DNA of 64,000 nt from Candidatus Latescibacterota bacterium (GCA_965204745.1 OZ242010.1:2080001-2144000); one strand, 5' to 3'; positions 1 through 9,410 are shown, counted from the stretch's first letter. Numbers and translations are program-made. The notes: generated by a model not told the origin, from the sequence alone.

Positions 1-1
1 C

Positions 2-163
2 GGGCAGGTGGTCGCAAAACGAGTCGTGCTGTGCGAGATGGATAGACCAACGCCCGTATCTCCGCGTCCCACGCCAACGCCCGAAGATGTCGCGGTGTAT
101 CGAAAAATCAACGATTTGCAACGAGAAGTCGGACGGTTGTGGCAAATGCTACACAGCAAATAG
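2..163 (+). CDS. 3' end of a gene entering from the left edge (hypothetical protein, partial)
   Basis: Frame open from base 2 (GQVVAKRVVLCEMDRPTPVSPRPTPT...QMLHSK) to TAG at 161-163, followed by a terminator-like hairpin. Confidence 0.55.
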   Translation, partial: GQVVAKRVVLCEMDRPTPVSPRPTPTPEDVAVYRKINDLQREVGRLWQMLHSK

Positions 164-189
164 ACGCACGCCAAATAAACGCCAAACGC

Positions 190-223
190 AAAAAAGCGAC
201 GATCCAAAGATCGCCGCTTTTTG
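190..223. terminator. Probable bidirectional intrinsic terminator
   Basis: AAAAAAAGCGACGATC-CAAA-GATCGCCGCTTTTT hairpin with A and T tracts between convergent genes. Confidence 0.7.
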
Positions 224-248
224 TGTGTACGCGAACTGCTGAACGAAG

Positions 249-983
249 CTACGCATTTGTCTGTGCTTTCGTGTACGTATGCGTCAGTGCGTCTTGGGGA
301 TGCCAGCCTAGGACGCGCTTTGCTTTTTCATTTGAGAATTGTCCGTGCGGGCGGTTGGCGAAGATGTTGAACGCCTCGCAACGGGAGGGCAACTCGTCCA
401 ATGCAATGGTCAATCCCGGCAAAAACGCGGCGGCGGCGTCTCGCCACGTCACCAGAAACGGGCGGTTCTGATGCGTGTTTGACAAATCGTCATGAGAACA
501 AAAAATGTAGAACAAGTAGCACAACACATGCACGTCGCAATTCGCGGCGAAAATCCGGCAGATCTCTTGGCCCAAGCCCTTGGACAGCGCGTACAAATTC
601 GTGCTCGGCTTGGGCGGCACATCCGGGCCAATGCCGTAATCCCACGCCTCGTAGGGCGCGCCTTGCACGGTGAAATGCGGCCCGGTGTTGATCACGCGCG
701 GAATCCCGTGCGCGACCGCGGCGCGCATGATATTGTAACAGCCCATGGTGTTGACATCAAACGCGATCTTGCGATGCGGGCGCAACACGGACAAATTGAT
801 GATCGCGTCCATGCCCTCTGCGGCGCGCATCACCGCGTCTGCGTCTGCCACGTCCACGGGCACCATGTCGTGCGGCGTGTCAAACGGTTCCAGATCGGTC
901 AGGCGCAATTCGACCTGTCCTTCCAATGCCTTGACCACATGCGGCCCCAACATGCCATTGCTACCGTAAATGACGACTTTCAT
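249..983 (-). CDS. NAD-dependent epimerase/dehydratase (extended SDR, uronate-dehydrogenase-like)
   Basis: MKVVIYGSNGMLG Rossmann motif; catalytic YALSK (YxxxK); GGAGAG RBS upstream of ATG at 983. Confidence 0.85.
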   Translation of the reverse strand: MKVVIYGSNGMLGPHVVKALEGQVELRLTDLEPFDTPHDMVPVDVADADAVMRAAEGMDAIINLSVLRPHRKIAFDVNTMGCYNIMRAAVAHGIPRVINTGPHFTVQGAPYEAWDYGIGPDVPPKPSTNLYALSKGLGQEICRIFAANCDVHVLCYLFYIFCSHDDLSNTHQNRPFLVTWRDAAAAFLPGLTIALDELPSRCEAFNIFANRPHGQFSNEKAKRVLGWHPQDALTHTYTKAQTNA

Positions 984-1074
984 TTTTCTCTCCATTCTCA
1001 TTGCAAAAAATCGTTTTAAGATAAATGATGACTCCTCTCCCGTGCGCTCCACAACAGAGGGAGCCGTTATTCCC

Positions 1075-1113
1075 CCTCGTATCTTTAGGCGAGCACAGGG
1101 GCATCGCCCCTAC
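1075..1113 (-). repeat. GTAG-type REP-like palindrome with adjoining TATCTTT module
   Basis: GGCGAGCACAGGGGCATCGCCCCTAC; related copies near 2133, 27475, 31621, 31702, 32802, 32908, 36900. Confidence 0.8.
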
Positions 1114-1260
1114 GAAGGGGTTGGGGGGTGGGGCGGACTGACGACTGACAACTGACAACTTCCCTCTTGTGTCTTTGGGCGGCGATAGACAGGGACTGAC
1201 CACTTGGGGGTGGCGGGGTTGTCTCACCTCTCCCGTCTTCCGTCTCACCTTTTACCACGG

Positions 1261-1302
1261 CTCGCCTTTGAACGGGTTGTCGCCAGTAGTACTCCGCTCG
1301 TT
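1261..1302 (+). repeat. ~40-bp hairpin repeat (family B), degenerate copy
   Basis: Matches consensus CTCACCTTTGAACTGGCTGTCGCCAGTTGTACCCCGCTCGTG seen at 2083, 27508, 32941, 32993, 56618. Confidence 0.75.
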
Positions 1303-1350
1303 CCATCTTATTCGCAGTCACAGGCGTTGGCCTACGATGAGCGGCCCTTG

Positions 1351-1995
1351 CTAAAGCCCCAATACGCTCTTTGCGCGGCCTATTGGGAATCGGGCATGCG
1401 CGACCTCGGATTGCACATGCAACACCTGCCACAGCGGGCCGTTTGTCGCCAGAGCTTGCCCGATGGCCTTGACCGCATCTGCCATGGACAGCGCCATGTC
1501 GCCATCGCCGCCCACATCGCCGAAGCGCAAACACGTCACGCGCACCGAGTGCTCGCGTGCGAACTCTCGGCAGGTGAACTCGCCCAAATACCGCGCCAAT
1601 GGCTCGGCTTGTGTGGAAGGCCGCGGAGCCCACACTTCTGTCACATGATAGTTGGGATCGCAAGTTGCGAACAAGTGCAGGGAACTGACATACACCACAT
1701 GCGGCACATTCTTCTCCCGCGCCGCGTACATCAGGTTATACGTACACCGCGTCTGAAAATCCATCTCCCGCTCATCACTTTTCAACGCCTCGGGCAGGGT
1801 TGCGAGATGCACAATGGTATCCATCCCATCCACAAGGGCTTCTGTCTCGCCCTCGTGCCCGAGTTCACATGTAACGAACTCGCGATCCGTCTCCACATCC
1901 ACAACATCGGTCAGTACAACCTCGTGTGTGCCGGCCAATGCCTCGGCCAGTGCCTGCGCCAACGCGGTCTCGCCCGACGTAATCAACACGTTCAT
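1351..1995 (-). CDS. NAD-dependent epimerase/dehydratase-like protein with degenerate motifs
   Basis: Paralogous to 249..983 (GMDTIVHLA, CTYNLMYAA, VTCLRFG) but lacks GxxGxxG and YxxxK; AGGAGG RBS. Confidence 0.8.
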   Translation of the reverse strand: MNVLITSGETALAQALAEALAGTHEVVLTDVVDVETDREFVTCELGHEGETEALVDGMDTIVHLATLPEALKSDEREMDFQTRCTYNLMYAAREKNVPHVVYVSSLHLFATCDPNYHVTEVWAPRPSTQAEPLARYLGEFTCREFAREHSVRVTCLRFGDVGGDGDMALSMADAVKAIGQALATNGPLWQVLHVQSEVAHARFPIGRAKSVLGL

Positions 1996-2045
1996 GTTTT
2001 CCTCCTATTTTTTTCCAACTCGATCACCGAGAGTAAGAAGCAAGA

Positions 2046-2175
2046 AGTGAGATGGAATTTTAGCCACAAAAGGCACAAAAGGCACGAGCGGGGTACAACT
2101 GGCGACAGCCAGTTCAAAGGTGAGCGATATGTGTAGGGGCGATGCCCCCGTGCTCGCCCGAAGATACAAGACGGG
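2046..2175 (-). repeat. Composite intergenic repeat (TATCTT module + REP + family B hairpin)
   Basis: Near-identical in reverse complement to 32893..33050. Confidence 0.85.
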
Positions 2176-2562
2176 AGAAGGCCACCCAACAACCCCAAAA
2201 CCCGACGCCCTGTTCTCCGTTGCTGAATGGGTCTGTTGTCCTAATTTGAAAATATATGATAAAAGCGCGTTGATCAACTGGGACAGGTCGCTAACTCAAT
2301 TTTCTTTTTTTGCTCCCACTTTCACCGAAAAAAATAAAATATCAACACGACCTAGCCATTGAGGGAGGGGCCGGGAAGGGCACGCACGGGCGGAGGGGGA
2401 TGCGAAGGACATAGCGGTGGGGAACGATGAAGCGGCGGTAGGGTTGTGGGCCGGTCTCGCCTCTTACTTCTTGCCTCTTACTTGGGGATAGGGCTTGCGG
2501 CGGGGTGGAGCGGTGAGGCCGCACGGGCGGCAGGGCGGAGCAGTGGGGCACGAGTTCGCCTG

Positions 2563-3453
2563 TTATTTCTCCAAATACACCACGCCATCTTCGCCGATGT
2601 CCAAACTGAGCGCGTGTGCGCCGGTGTTTGAATAGGGGCCATACATGACCGCGCGCTGTTCCTCGGTCATGCCCGCTACGATCTCGTCGTCCCAATACGT
2701 CTCGGGCGGGGCGATGGGTTGCGAGATGCCCGATCTCGTCGCGGTGCGCGAGGCGTATTTGATCAAGATGGATCGCCGTTCAAAATCAGCGGTCCACGGG
2801 TGCGTGCCGTGGGTTTGCGCGCCGTCCATAAAAAAGAGCACGTCGCCCGGGTGCAAATCCGGTTCGGCCACCGCGCCCATTTCGTCTTCTTGCGACCGCA
2901 CGCTAGCGGGCATGGGATACTTTGCCTTATGCGAGCCCGGCACGCAGGCAAAGCCGCCCGATCCGGTGGGCGATTCGCCCAACTGAAAGGTGACGGTGAC
3001 CCCGCCGACATACGCCTTGCCGTTTTGGTGGTGATAGGCCACGGCTTCTCGATGCGGTTCGCCCGCGCCGTGCAGGTTGCCCCCTTTGGTGCCGTTGATC
3101 CCCCCGATGAACTGCGGCCCGTGATCCAGCCGAAACCCCTTGCCGCACATGACGTTGAGGCGCGACACAATGGCGGGCAGGGCGATCATTTTGCGAAACG
3201 GCTCGCAATGGGGCGCGGGCAAGGTCAACAAAAAGGGATAGCTGTTGGTCGTGCGGGTCAAGATGCCGTTTTCAATGCTGGGGCGACTGCGCTGGCGCAG
3301 CACTTCGACTTCGGAACTTTTGTCATCGCTTTGCACCACCTCGCCGAGATAGTCAATCGCCTCGTTCGCGGCCTCGACCTCTGCTTGCGGAAACACATCG
3401 CGCAAGACGAGATAACCGGTCAGGTCCCAGTAATAGCGTTCTTTGGCAGTCAT
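2563..3453 (-). CDS. PhyH-family Fe(II)/2-oxoglutarate-dependent enzyme
   Basis: YYWDLTGYLVL N-terminus, GGFACVPGSHK, PGDVLFF...THG, ERRS; proximal motif LHGAGE. Confidence 0.9.
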   Translation of the reverse strand: MTAKERYYWDLTGYLVLRDVFPQAEVEAANEAIDYLGEVVQSDDKSSEVEVLRQRSRPSIENGILTRTTNSYPFLLTLPAPHCEPFRKMIALPAIVSRLNVMCGKGFRLDHGPQFIGGINGTKGGNLHGAGEPHREAVAYHHQNGKAYVGGVTVTFQLGESPTGSGGFACVPGSHKAKYPMPASVRSQEDEMGAVAEPDLHPGDVLFFMDGAQTHGTHPWTADFERRSILIKYASRTATRSGISQPIAPPETYWDDEIVAGMTEEQRAVMYGPYSNTGAHALSLDIGEDGVVYLEK

Positions 3454-3533
3454 GGTTTGCTCCTGTTATGCGTAACCCCAGCCATCCATCAATCGTCAGG
3501 ATGGGGGGTAATCGCTAGTGGCTGATCGCTCAT

Positions 3534-4433
3534 TCAATCCGCCGCTTGTCGTGCTTGCATGTTTTCCAAGCGAACCGCGCCGTCGGCTTCGACGACGAGA
3601 AACATCTCATCACTTCCGGGGGCAGAGCACGGCCCGAACATGACAGCGCGTTGTTGCTTGGTCATGCCGCGCACGATATCGTCGTCCCAAAAAATTTCGG
3701 GTCGGCACACCTGTTGCGATGGCCCGCCGCGCGTGGCGGTGCGCGAGGCGTATTTGAACAGGATGGATCGCCGGTCGTGGTCGTTTTGCCAGGGGTGGGT
3801 GCCGTGGGTTTGCGCGCCGTCCATAAAAAAGAGCACATCCCCGGCCCGAATGCCCGGGTTGGCGACCGTGCCCATGTCCTCATCGCAGTAGCGAACGCCA
3901 ATCGGCATGTCGTATTTCGATTTGTGCGAGCCCGGCACGCAGGCAAAGCCGCCTTTGCCTTCCGGACAATCGGTCAAGTTCCAAGTGACCGTGACGCCGC
4001 CGCAATACATTTCGCCGTTCTGGTGATGATAGGCCACAAAGTCCCGGTGCGGTTCGCCCGCGCCGTGCAAGGTGAGGCCCGCGGTGCCTTTGACTGCGTT
4101 GTTGAATTGAGGGCCGTGATCCAAGCGAAAGCCCGCGCCGCACATGACCTTCAGATATTGCACGATGACCGGATGGGCGAGCAGGTTGCGGATCGGCTCG
4201 CAATGGGGTTTTGGCAACGTCAACAAATTTGTCCCATGCGCCCAGCGCGGCCCGGCCCCGCGCAAAAACGCAGAATCCGCTGCCCCGTGATTGGCTTCGC
4301 TCTGGTGAACAATGCCCGCGTCAATGACGTAATTCAAGGCGGCATTCACGGCATCGAGTTCTTCGGGCGACAAGACTTCTCGCACCACCAAATGCCCGGT
4401 CACGTCCCAGTAGTAGCGTTCTTTGGCCGTCAT
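3534..4433 (-). CDS. PhyH-family Fe(II)/2-oxoglutarate-dependent enzyme
   Basis: GGFACVPGSHK, AGDVLFF...THG, DRRS; proximal motif LHGAGE. Confidence 0.9.
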   Translation of the reverse strand: MTAKERYYWDVTGHLVVREVLSPEELDAVNAALNYVIDAGIVHQSEANHGAADSAFLRGAGPRWAHGTNLLTLPKPHCEPIRNLLAHPVIVQYLKVMCGAGFRLDHGPQFNNAVKGTAGLTLHGAGEPHRDFVAYHHQNGEMYCGGVTVTWNLTDCPEGKGGFACVPGSHKSKYDMPIGVRYCDEDMGTVANPGIRAGDVLFFMDGAQTHGTHPWQNDHDRRSILFKYASRTATRGGPSQQVCRPEIFWDDDIVRGMTKQQRAVMFGPCSAPGSDEMFLVVEADGAVRLENMQARQAAD

Positions 4434-4451
4434 GATTGCTCCAATCTATCG

Positions 4452-5336
4452 TCAGGGTGACGCGACAACGTGCGCGGTTTCGCCATCGGATTCCAGCAGG
4501 GGCAGGCGACCGCCGTGGTGAACGCCCGGCCCATACAAAACAGCTCGTTGTTCGGCCGTCAATTCATCGACCCAATCGCCGTAGCGTTCCCGTGGCGTAA
4601 AGTATTTGCCCACAGCGCGAGCCGCTGCACGCGAGGCGTATTTGTAGAGCACGGAACGGCGTTCGCGTTCGCCGTTCCAGGGCAGCGTGCCATGGGTCAT
4701 GGTTTCGGCAAAAAAGAGCACGTCGCCGGCACGCATGGTGGGTTGATAGACCAGGCCCATATCGTCTTCAACAGAGCGCACTTCTTCCGGCGTTGGCTCG
4801 GCGGTTTTGTGGCTGCCTGGGACGCAGGCAAATCCCCCGTCGCCTTCGTTGACATCGGTCAGTTGCCACGCCACGGTAATGCCCCGACAGAAAATTTTGC
4901 CGTTCTGTTGGTGGTACCAAACCGACTGGCTAAACGGTTCGCCGCCGCCGTGCAGGCGATGGCCCTCTGCGCCTTGGTGCGCGCTGATCAAGAGGGGGCC
5001 GTGATCCAAGCGAAAGCCCTTGCCGCTCAATTCATTCAGGCGGCTCACGACGACCGGGTGGACGAGCAGTTGGCGAAACGGTTCGCGATGCGGTTCGGGC
5101 CAGCCCAACATGCCCGAGAGTTCGCGCCGGCCTTCTGTACCCGCCAGCGCGGACGACCCCCGCGCCAATCCGCCATCGTCGATAGCACGCGGTTTGATTT
5201 CATCGGCGTAGTGGTCAATGGCATCGTTGCACGCTTGCACCTCTGCGGCGGACAATGCGTTGCGGACGATCAAATAGCCGCGCAGATCGAAAAAGTACTT
5301 CTCTTCTTCGCTGACAGTATAAAGGTGGTTATCCAT
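4452..5336 (-). CDS. PhyH-family Fe(II)/2-oxoglutarate-dependent enzyme
   Basis: YFFDLRGYLIV, GGFACVPGSHK, AGDVLFFAETMTHG, ERRS; proximal motif LHGGGE. Confidence 0.9.
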   Translation of the reverse strand: MDNHLYTVSEEEKYFFDLRGYLIVRNALSAAEVQACNDAIDHYADEIKPRAIDDGGLARGSSALAGTEGRRELSGMLGWPEPHREPFRQLLVHPVVVSRLNELSGKGFRLDHGPLLISAHQGAEGHRLHGGGEPFSQSVWYHQQNGKIFCRGITVAWQLTDVNEGDGGFACVPGSHKTAEPTPEEVRSVEDDMGLVYQPTMRAGDVLFFAETMTHGTLPWNGERERRSVLYKYASRAAARAVGKYFTPRERYGDWVDELTAEQRAVLYGPGVHHGGRLPLLESDGETAHVVASP

Positions 5337-5512
5337 GGTGACGCTCTCCTAACTGGTTGAGGGACAAATTGACGAGACGCACGGGCGTAAGCGAGTAATC
5401 CCGGCCATTCGGATCGTAAGGACAGACCCGCCCAACAATCCCAAAATCCGCCGCACTTCGTAGATGGCTTGCGATGTAGCCGTTGTACCCCATCCGTCGA
5501 TTCGCCGATGTG

Positions 5513-6382
5513 CTATTCCCGTGCGTCTGCATCTAGTTGCACGGTGCCATTTTCACGGACCGTTAGATAGGGCACGCGGCCCCTGTGGTTGGAATAGGGG
5601 CCGTACATCACGGACAATTGCTCGGGCGTCATGCCGTCCACGATTTCGCGGTCCCAGTAGATTTCCGGTGGGGATACTTCCTGCGATGGGCCGCCCCGAG
5701 CGCAGGTGCGCCCTGTGTATTTGAACAGGATGGACCGCCGGGTCGTCTCCAATTTCCACGGGGTCGCGCCGTGTGCTTGCGCGCTGTCCATAAAAAAGAT
5801 GACGTCGCCGGACTTGACCACGGGCTGTGTGATCAAGCCCATGTCGTCGTCTCCTGTACGCACGCCTCTCGGCGTGGGGAACATGGATTTGTGGCTAGAA
5901 GGCACGCAGGCAAACCCGCCCATGCCCTCCTTGCAATCGTGCAGTTGCCACGCCACGGTCACGCCGCCGACCCAAGGCGCGCCATTTTGATGGTGATAGG
6001 CCACATGCGGGCGGTGCGGTTCGCCATTGCCGTGCATGGTGTGGCCCGCGGTGCCTTTGTTGCTCACGATAAACATCGGCCCGTGATCCAAGCGAAAGCC
6101 TTTGCCACACATGACATTGAGATATTTCACCAACACCGGGTGCGCCAGCATGTCCCGAAAGGGATCGCAGTCGGGTTTTGGAAATTCGAGAATGCCGGGC
6201 AACATCGGGCGCCCCGTGCCCGCAAAGGCCACGGAATCTCGCGCTGTTGAACCGCCCACTTGCACCTTGTCCCAATACCGCTCCACAATTTCATTCGCGC
6301 GTTCCACCTCGGCTTTTGACAACACGGCCTTCACGACGAGATACCCCGTCAAATCCCAGAAATACCGCTCGCGTGCATTCAT
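5513..6382 (-). CDS. PhyH-family Fe(II)/2-oxoglutarate-dependent enzyme
   Basis: YFWDLTGYLVV, GGFACVPSSHK, SGDVIFF...AHG, TRRS; proximal motif MHGNGE; AGGAG RBS. Confidence 0.9.
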   Translation of the reverse strand: MNARERYFWDLTGYLVVKAVLSKAEVERANEIVERYWDKVQVGGSTARDSVAFAGTGRPMLPGILEFPKPDCDPFRDMLAHPVLVKYLNVMCGKGFRLDHGPMFIVSNKGTAGHTMHGNGEPHRPHVAYHHQNGAPWVGGVTVAWQLHDCKEGMGGFACVPSSHKSMFPTPRGVRTGDDDMGLITQPVVKSGDVIFFMDSAQAHGATPWKLETTRRSILFKYTGRTCARGGPSQEVSPPEIYWDREIVDGMTPEQLSVMYGPYSNHRGRVPYLTVRENGTVQLDADARE

Positions 6383-6454
6383 GTCGCTCTCCTTTCGCGG
6401 CAGGTTAGGGTTTCCAATGCGGGAATATAAGTCAATTTGTAAAAAAAATCTGAA

Positions 6455-7318
6455 TCAAAACAACGCCATCTGCGCGGCCGCGCCCCGTTCTGCGGGCCAA
6501 GGCCGCATCTCGCCGACATCGATCTGGTTGGACAGCAGTCGGTGAAAATGGCGGGCCAAGTGCGGCGCGTAAAAATCATCGGGCGCGTGGAAAAAGACAA
6601 ACGGGGTTCGCCCCTCGCGGATCCAATTCGCAACCACGGGCGCCCATTCCGACAGCAAGGGCAAATTTTCACGCACTTCGGGGTGCCCGACAAATCTGAC
6701 AAAAGGAAATCGCCCGGTTGCGACAAACCGCACCGGGACCTTGGGCTTTTTGCGCTGTGCTTCGCGCCCTGCCGGATCATCGACGTTTGCACTGTGCAAT
6801 CCCCGGGTGTCAAAGACCACGCGATTCGCACGATGGCTTTTGAGAACCGCGGTCAGTTCATTTTCCGCTTCGGCAAAAAACAAATTGTGTCGGATTTCCA
6901 CCGCGTAGTGAAATGCGTTGGGCAGCGCGGTCAAGTACTCGTCCAACGCCGGCAAATCCCTCGGGCCAAACGCGGGAGGCAATTGCAGAAACGATGGGCC
7001 TATGCGGTCTTGCAGTGTCGCGAGCAAATCCATAAACGCAGCGGTTTCCGGTTCGGCATTTCGCAACCGCTTGGTATGGCTGATCACGCGCGGGAACTTG
7101 AGGGCAAAGCGAAAGCCCTTTGGGGTATGGGCCAGCCAACGCGCCGCGGTCTTTGCGGTAGGCAACCCGTAAAACGTGGTGTTGCCTTCCACCGTGTTAA
7201 ATACCGAGGCGTATTGTCGCAAAAAATCCTGTTGCTTGGCCTCTGCCGCGAACAACTCGCCGACCCACGCCTTGTTGCCCCAAATTGGACAGCCCAAAAA
7301 ATATCGCTCGATGCCCAT
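6455..7318 (-). CDS. DUF72 (YecE-like) protein
   Basis: LGCPIW, FNTVEGNTTFY, FRFALKFP, FLQLPPAF, AVEIRH motifs; GGAGA RBS before ATG at 7318. Confidence 0.9.
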   Translation of the reverse strand: MGIERYFLGCPIWGNKAWVGELFAAEAKQQDFLRQYASVFNTVEGNTTFYGLPTAKTAARWLAHTPKGFRFALKFPRVISHTKRLRNAEPETAAFMDLLATLQDRIGPSFLQLPPAFGPRDLPALDEYLTALPNAFHYAVEIRHNLFFAEAENELTAVLKSHRANRVVFDTRGLHSANVDDPAGREAQRKKPKVPVRFVATGRFPFVRFVGHPEVRENLPLLSEWAPVVANWIREGRTPFVFFHAPDDFYAPHLARHFHRLLSNQIDVGEMRPWPAERGAAAQMALF

Positions 7319-7390
7319 GGCCTCTCCTTCCGCGCGGCCTCCCCTTTCCGCCCAACCGCCCGTGCGTGCCCTTCCGCTCCGCCTCTCCAC

Positions 7391-7414
7391 CCGTGCGTGC
7401 CCAAAGATACAAGA
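7391..7414. repeat. 24-bp direct repeat, left copy
   Basis: CCGTGCGTGCCCAAAGATACAAGA, identical to 9387..9410. Confidence 0.9.
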
Positions 7415-7477
7415 GGTATTATACCAAAACTGGCTGACAAATTATATTTGCAAAAAAATAAATCAGGCGGCTACACA

Positions 7478-8080
7478 TTACAACTCGTTGCGATCTGTTT
7501 CGCGTTGCCATTGCTGAAATACATTAACGAGAGGATCGACAAATCGCTGGAAGGATCGATCCGCACGCTTGGCGCGGTTAATGTCCATGCTTTGCACGAT
7601 ATCTTCTGCGAACTCGATGCCGCCAAGACTGGGCATGATGCCCGCGGCGCGAATGGCCGTAGCCAAACGTCGTTTGTAGAGATCGCGGTCACACTTTCGA
7701 TCCGGTGCGTCGCAACCCCTTCCGACTGCGGTTTTGAATGCGGCACTATCGAGCAACAGCCAGCGTTCGATATGTGGGTCGGGGATGGCGAGGATCATGG
7801 GCGCGGGGGTGGTGGTCTGATCCATTTCTTTTTTGCGCTCATTTAGTCCCCTACAATTGGCGTCCGTGGCAACGATGATCAAGTCGGGCAACGGGCTTCC
7901 TTGTCCGCGCAAGTCGCGCAAATAGTCGCGGAGTTCCAGAACGACCCGTCCGTGGCCCCTTACTGCACTTCGCCAGTTGAACTGCACGTCGATACTGTAT
8001 TCATCGGCAAGGCGTTGCACCAATGCGCCGATAACTTCTTGATGGGCGAAGTCTTCCACGAACAGCGCGATCTCACGCAT
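7478..8080 (-). CDS. DUF4276-like / TOPRIM-like partner of the upstream ATPase
   Basis: ALFVED N-terminal acidic motif, IIVATDAN, IERWLLLD; overlaps the ATPase stop. Confidence 0.7.
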   Translation of the reverse strand: MREIALFVEDFAHQEVIGALVQRLADEYSIDVQFNWRSAVRGHGRVVLELRDYLRDLRGQGSPLPDLIIVATDANCRGLNERKKEMDQTTTPAPMILAIPDPHIERWLLLDSAAFKTAVGRGCDAPDRKCDRDLYKRRLATAIRAAGIMPSLGGIEFAEDIVQSMDINRAKRADRSFQRFVDPLVNVFQQWQRETDRNEL

Positions 8081-9371
8081 CGAAATCTCCTCTCAAAATG
8101 CGCTCGGAAACGGGAAGCCTTTCCGCTTGGTCGATGAATGCTTGATCAATATCCTCGCGGCGCGTCAGCGGCCCCCAGGTGGTAAAGGGGTCGATATGCG
8201 TTTGGCGATCACTGCGCCGCACCGCGAACAGGGAATCGTCCGCCAGCAGATCGGGAAGAATCGGCGAGTGCGTGGTGACGATGTATTGGGTCGGCCCCAG
8301 GCTTGAGCGCGTCTTCAGCATTTCTGCGATCAACTGAATCCGCCGCGGGTGAACCCCGTTCTCCGGCTCCTCAAAGCCCACCAGCGAGGGCACTTCATCC
8401 GCGCCGGTCAATGCCAAAAGCCCCAGCATTCGCAACGTGCCTTCAGACAGCACCCGCGCGGGAATGGCAACACCGCTTTCCCGAAGGCGCAACTCGACCT
8501 CGCCGAGATCGCTCACATCCACTTCGATTCCCTCCGCATTGGGCATCAAGGTGTGCAATGCCTTTTCAACGGCCTTGAACTGCTCGGGCTTGAGTGCCTT
8601 AAGCGTATTGAGAAAAGCCGCGAGGTCTTCGCCCATCAGCCCCATGTGGCGCACTTCCTTGACCGGATTGGCCGCGCGCATGCGCTCGCGTGGCTCAAAG
8701 TAGAAGAACAGCCAATGCTGCAATTCGCGCCGCGCCGCGACCAAGTGCGGATAATGCGGCGGATAATGCGGCATGGAGAGAATCGTGTAGTCGAGGTAGC
8801 GGTCGTAGTACGTGGGGTGCGCTTGTCCCTCCAGCCGCAAACGGATATGATCGCCATACGGTTCGATAAAGGGCTTGCGCTTGCCGGTGGGTTCGCCTGC
8901 GGCGTTCAGAGCCGCCAAGTATTCGTCCCTGACGTGAACATTCCCGAATCGGGGTTGCATCTCGACCTCAACTCGGTAGCGCAAGTTGCGTTCCCGCACG
9001 GGCGCGGGCCTGCTGTTCGTCTCTGCACCACTTGGACGCCGCATTTCTCGGATCTGCCGGTTGACCGCATCGACGACCGCGTCCGACAGTTCCAAATCCG
9101 CCTCAATAGCAAAGGCCAACTTGTCTTGTTCAACCAGTCCCTTCAGCCCTTTGTCTCCAACTGTGAAGGATTCGAGCAACTTGCCCCGATACGGCGGATC
9201 AAAGGCTTCTTTCAAGGTGCGGCTCGTCGCCAGTTTCGACAACAGTTGGAGCGCGTCGAGAAAATTGCTCTTGCCCGCTGCGTTCGGCCCAAATAACAAG
9301 GTGAGGGGCGAAAGCCGCACCTCCATGTCAGACAGGGATTTGTACCCCTTGATATGAACGCGCTTCAGCAT
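8073..9371 (-). CDS. ABC/SMC-like ATPase (AAA_21-type)
   Basis: Walker A GPNAAGKS, signature LSEGTLR, Walker B/D-loop GFEEPENGVHP, H-loop TTHSP. Confidence 0.9.
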   Translation of the reverse strand: MLKRVHIKGYKSLSDMEVRLSPLTLLFGPNAAGKSNFLDALQLLSKLATSRTLKEAFDPPYRGKLLESFTVGDKGLKGLVEQDKLAFAIEADLELSDAVVDAVNRQIREMRRPSGAETNSRPAPVRERNLRYRVEVEMQPRFGNVHVRDEYLAALNAAGEPTGKRKPFIEPYGDHIRLRLEGQAHPTYYDRYLDYTILSMPHYPPHYPHLVAARRELQHWLFFYFEPRERMRAANPVKEVRHMGLMGEDLAAFLNTLKALKPEQFKAVEKALHTLMPNAEGIEVDVSDLGEVELRLRESGVAIPARVLSEGTLRMLGLLALTGADEVPSLVGFEEPENGVHPRRIQLIAEMLKTRSSLGPTQYIVTTHSPILPDLLADDSLFAVRRSDRQTHIDPFTTWGPLTRREDIDQAFIDQAERLPVSERILRGDFDA

Positions 9372-9386
9372 CTTGCGTCTCTCCTT

Positions 9387-9410
9387 CCGTGCGTGCCCAA
9401 AGATACAAGA
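9387..9410. repeat. 24-bp direct repeat, right copy
   Basis: Identical to 7391..7414. Confidence 0.9.

Noticed and set aside
7400-7414. TATCTTTG module as a Bacteroidetes-type TAnnTTTG promoter
   Set aside because: It fits the consensus, but most copies are fused to REP elements regardless of gene orientation, and a standard TTGACA-17 bp promoter appears at 62126; not supportable without transcription start data
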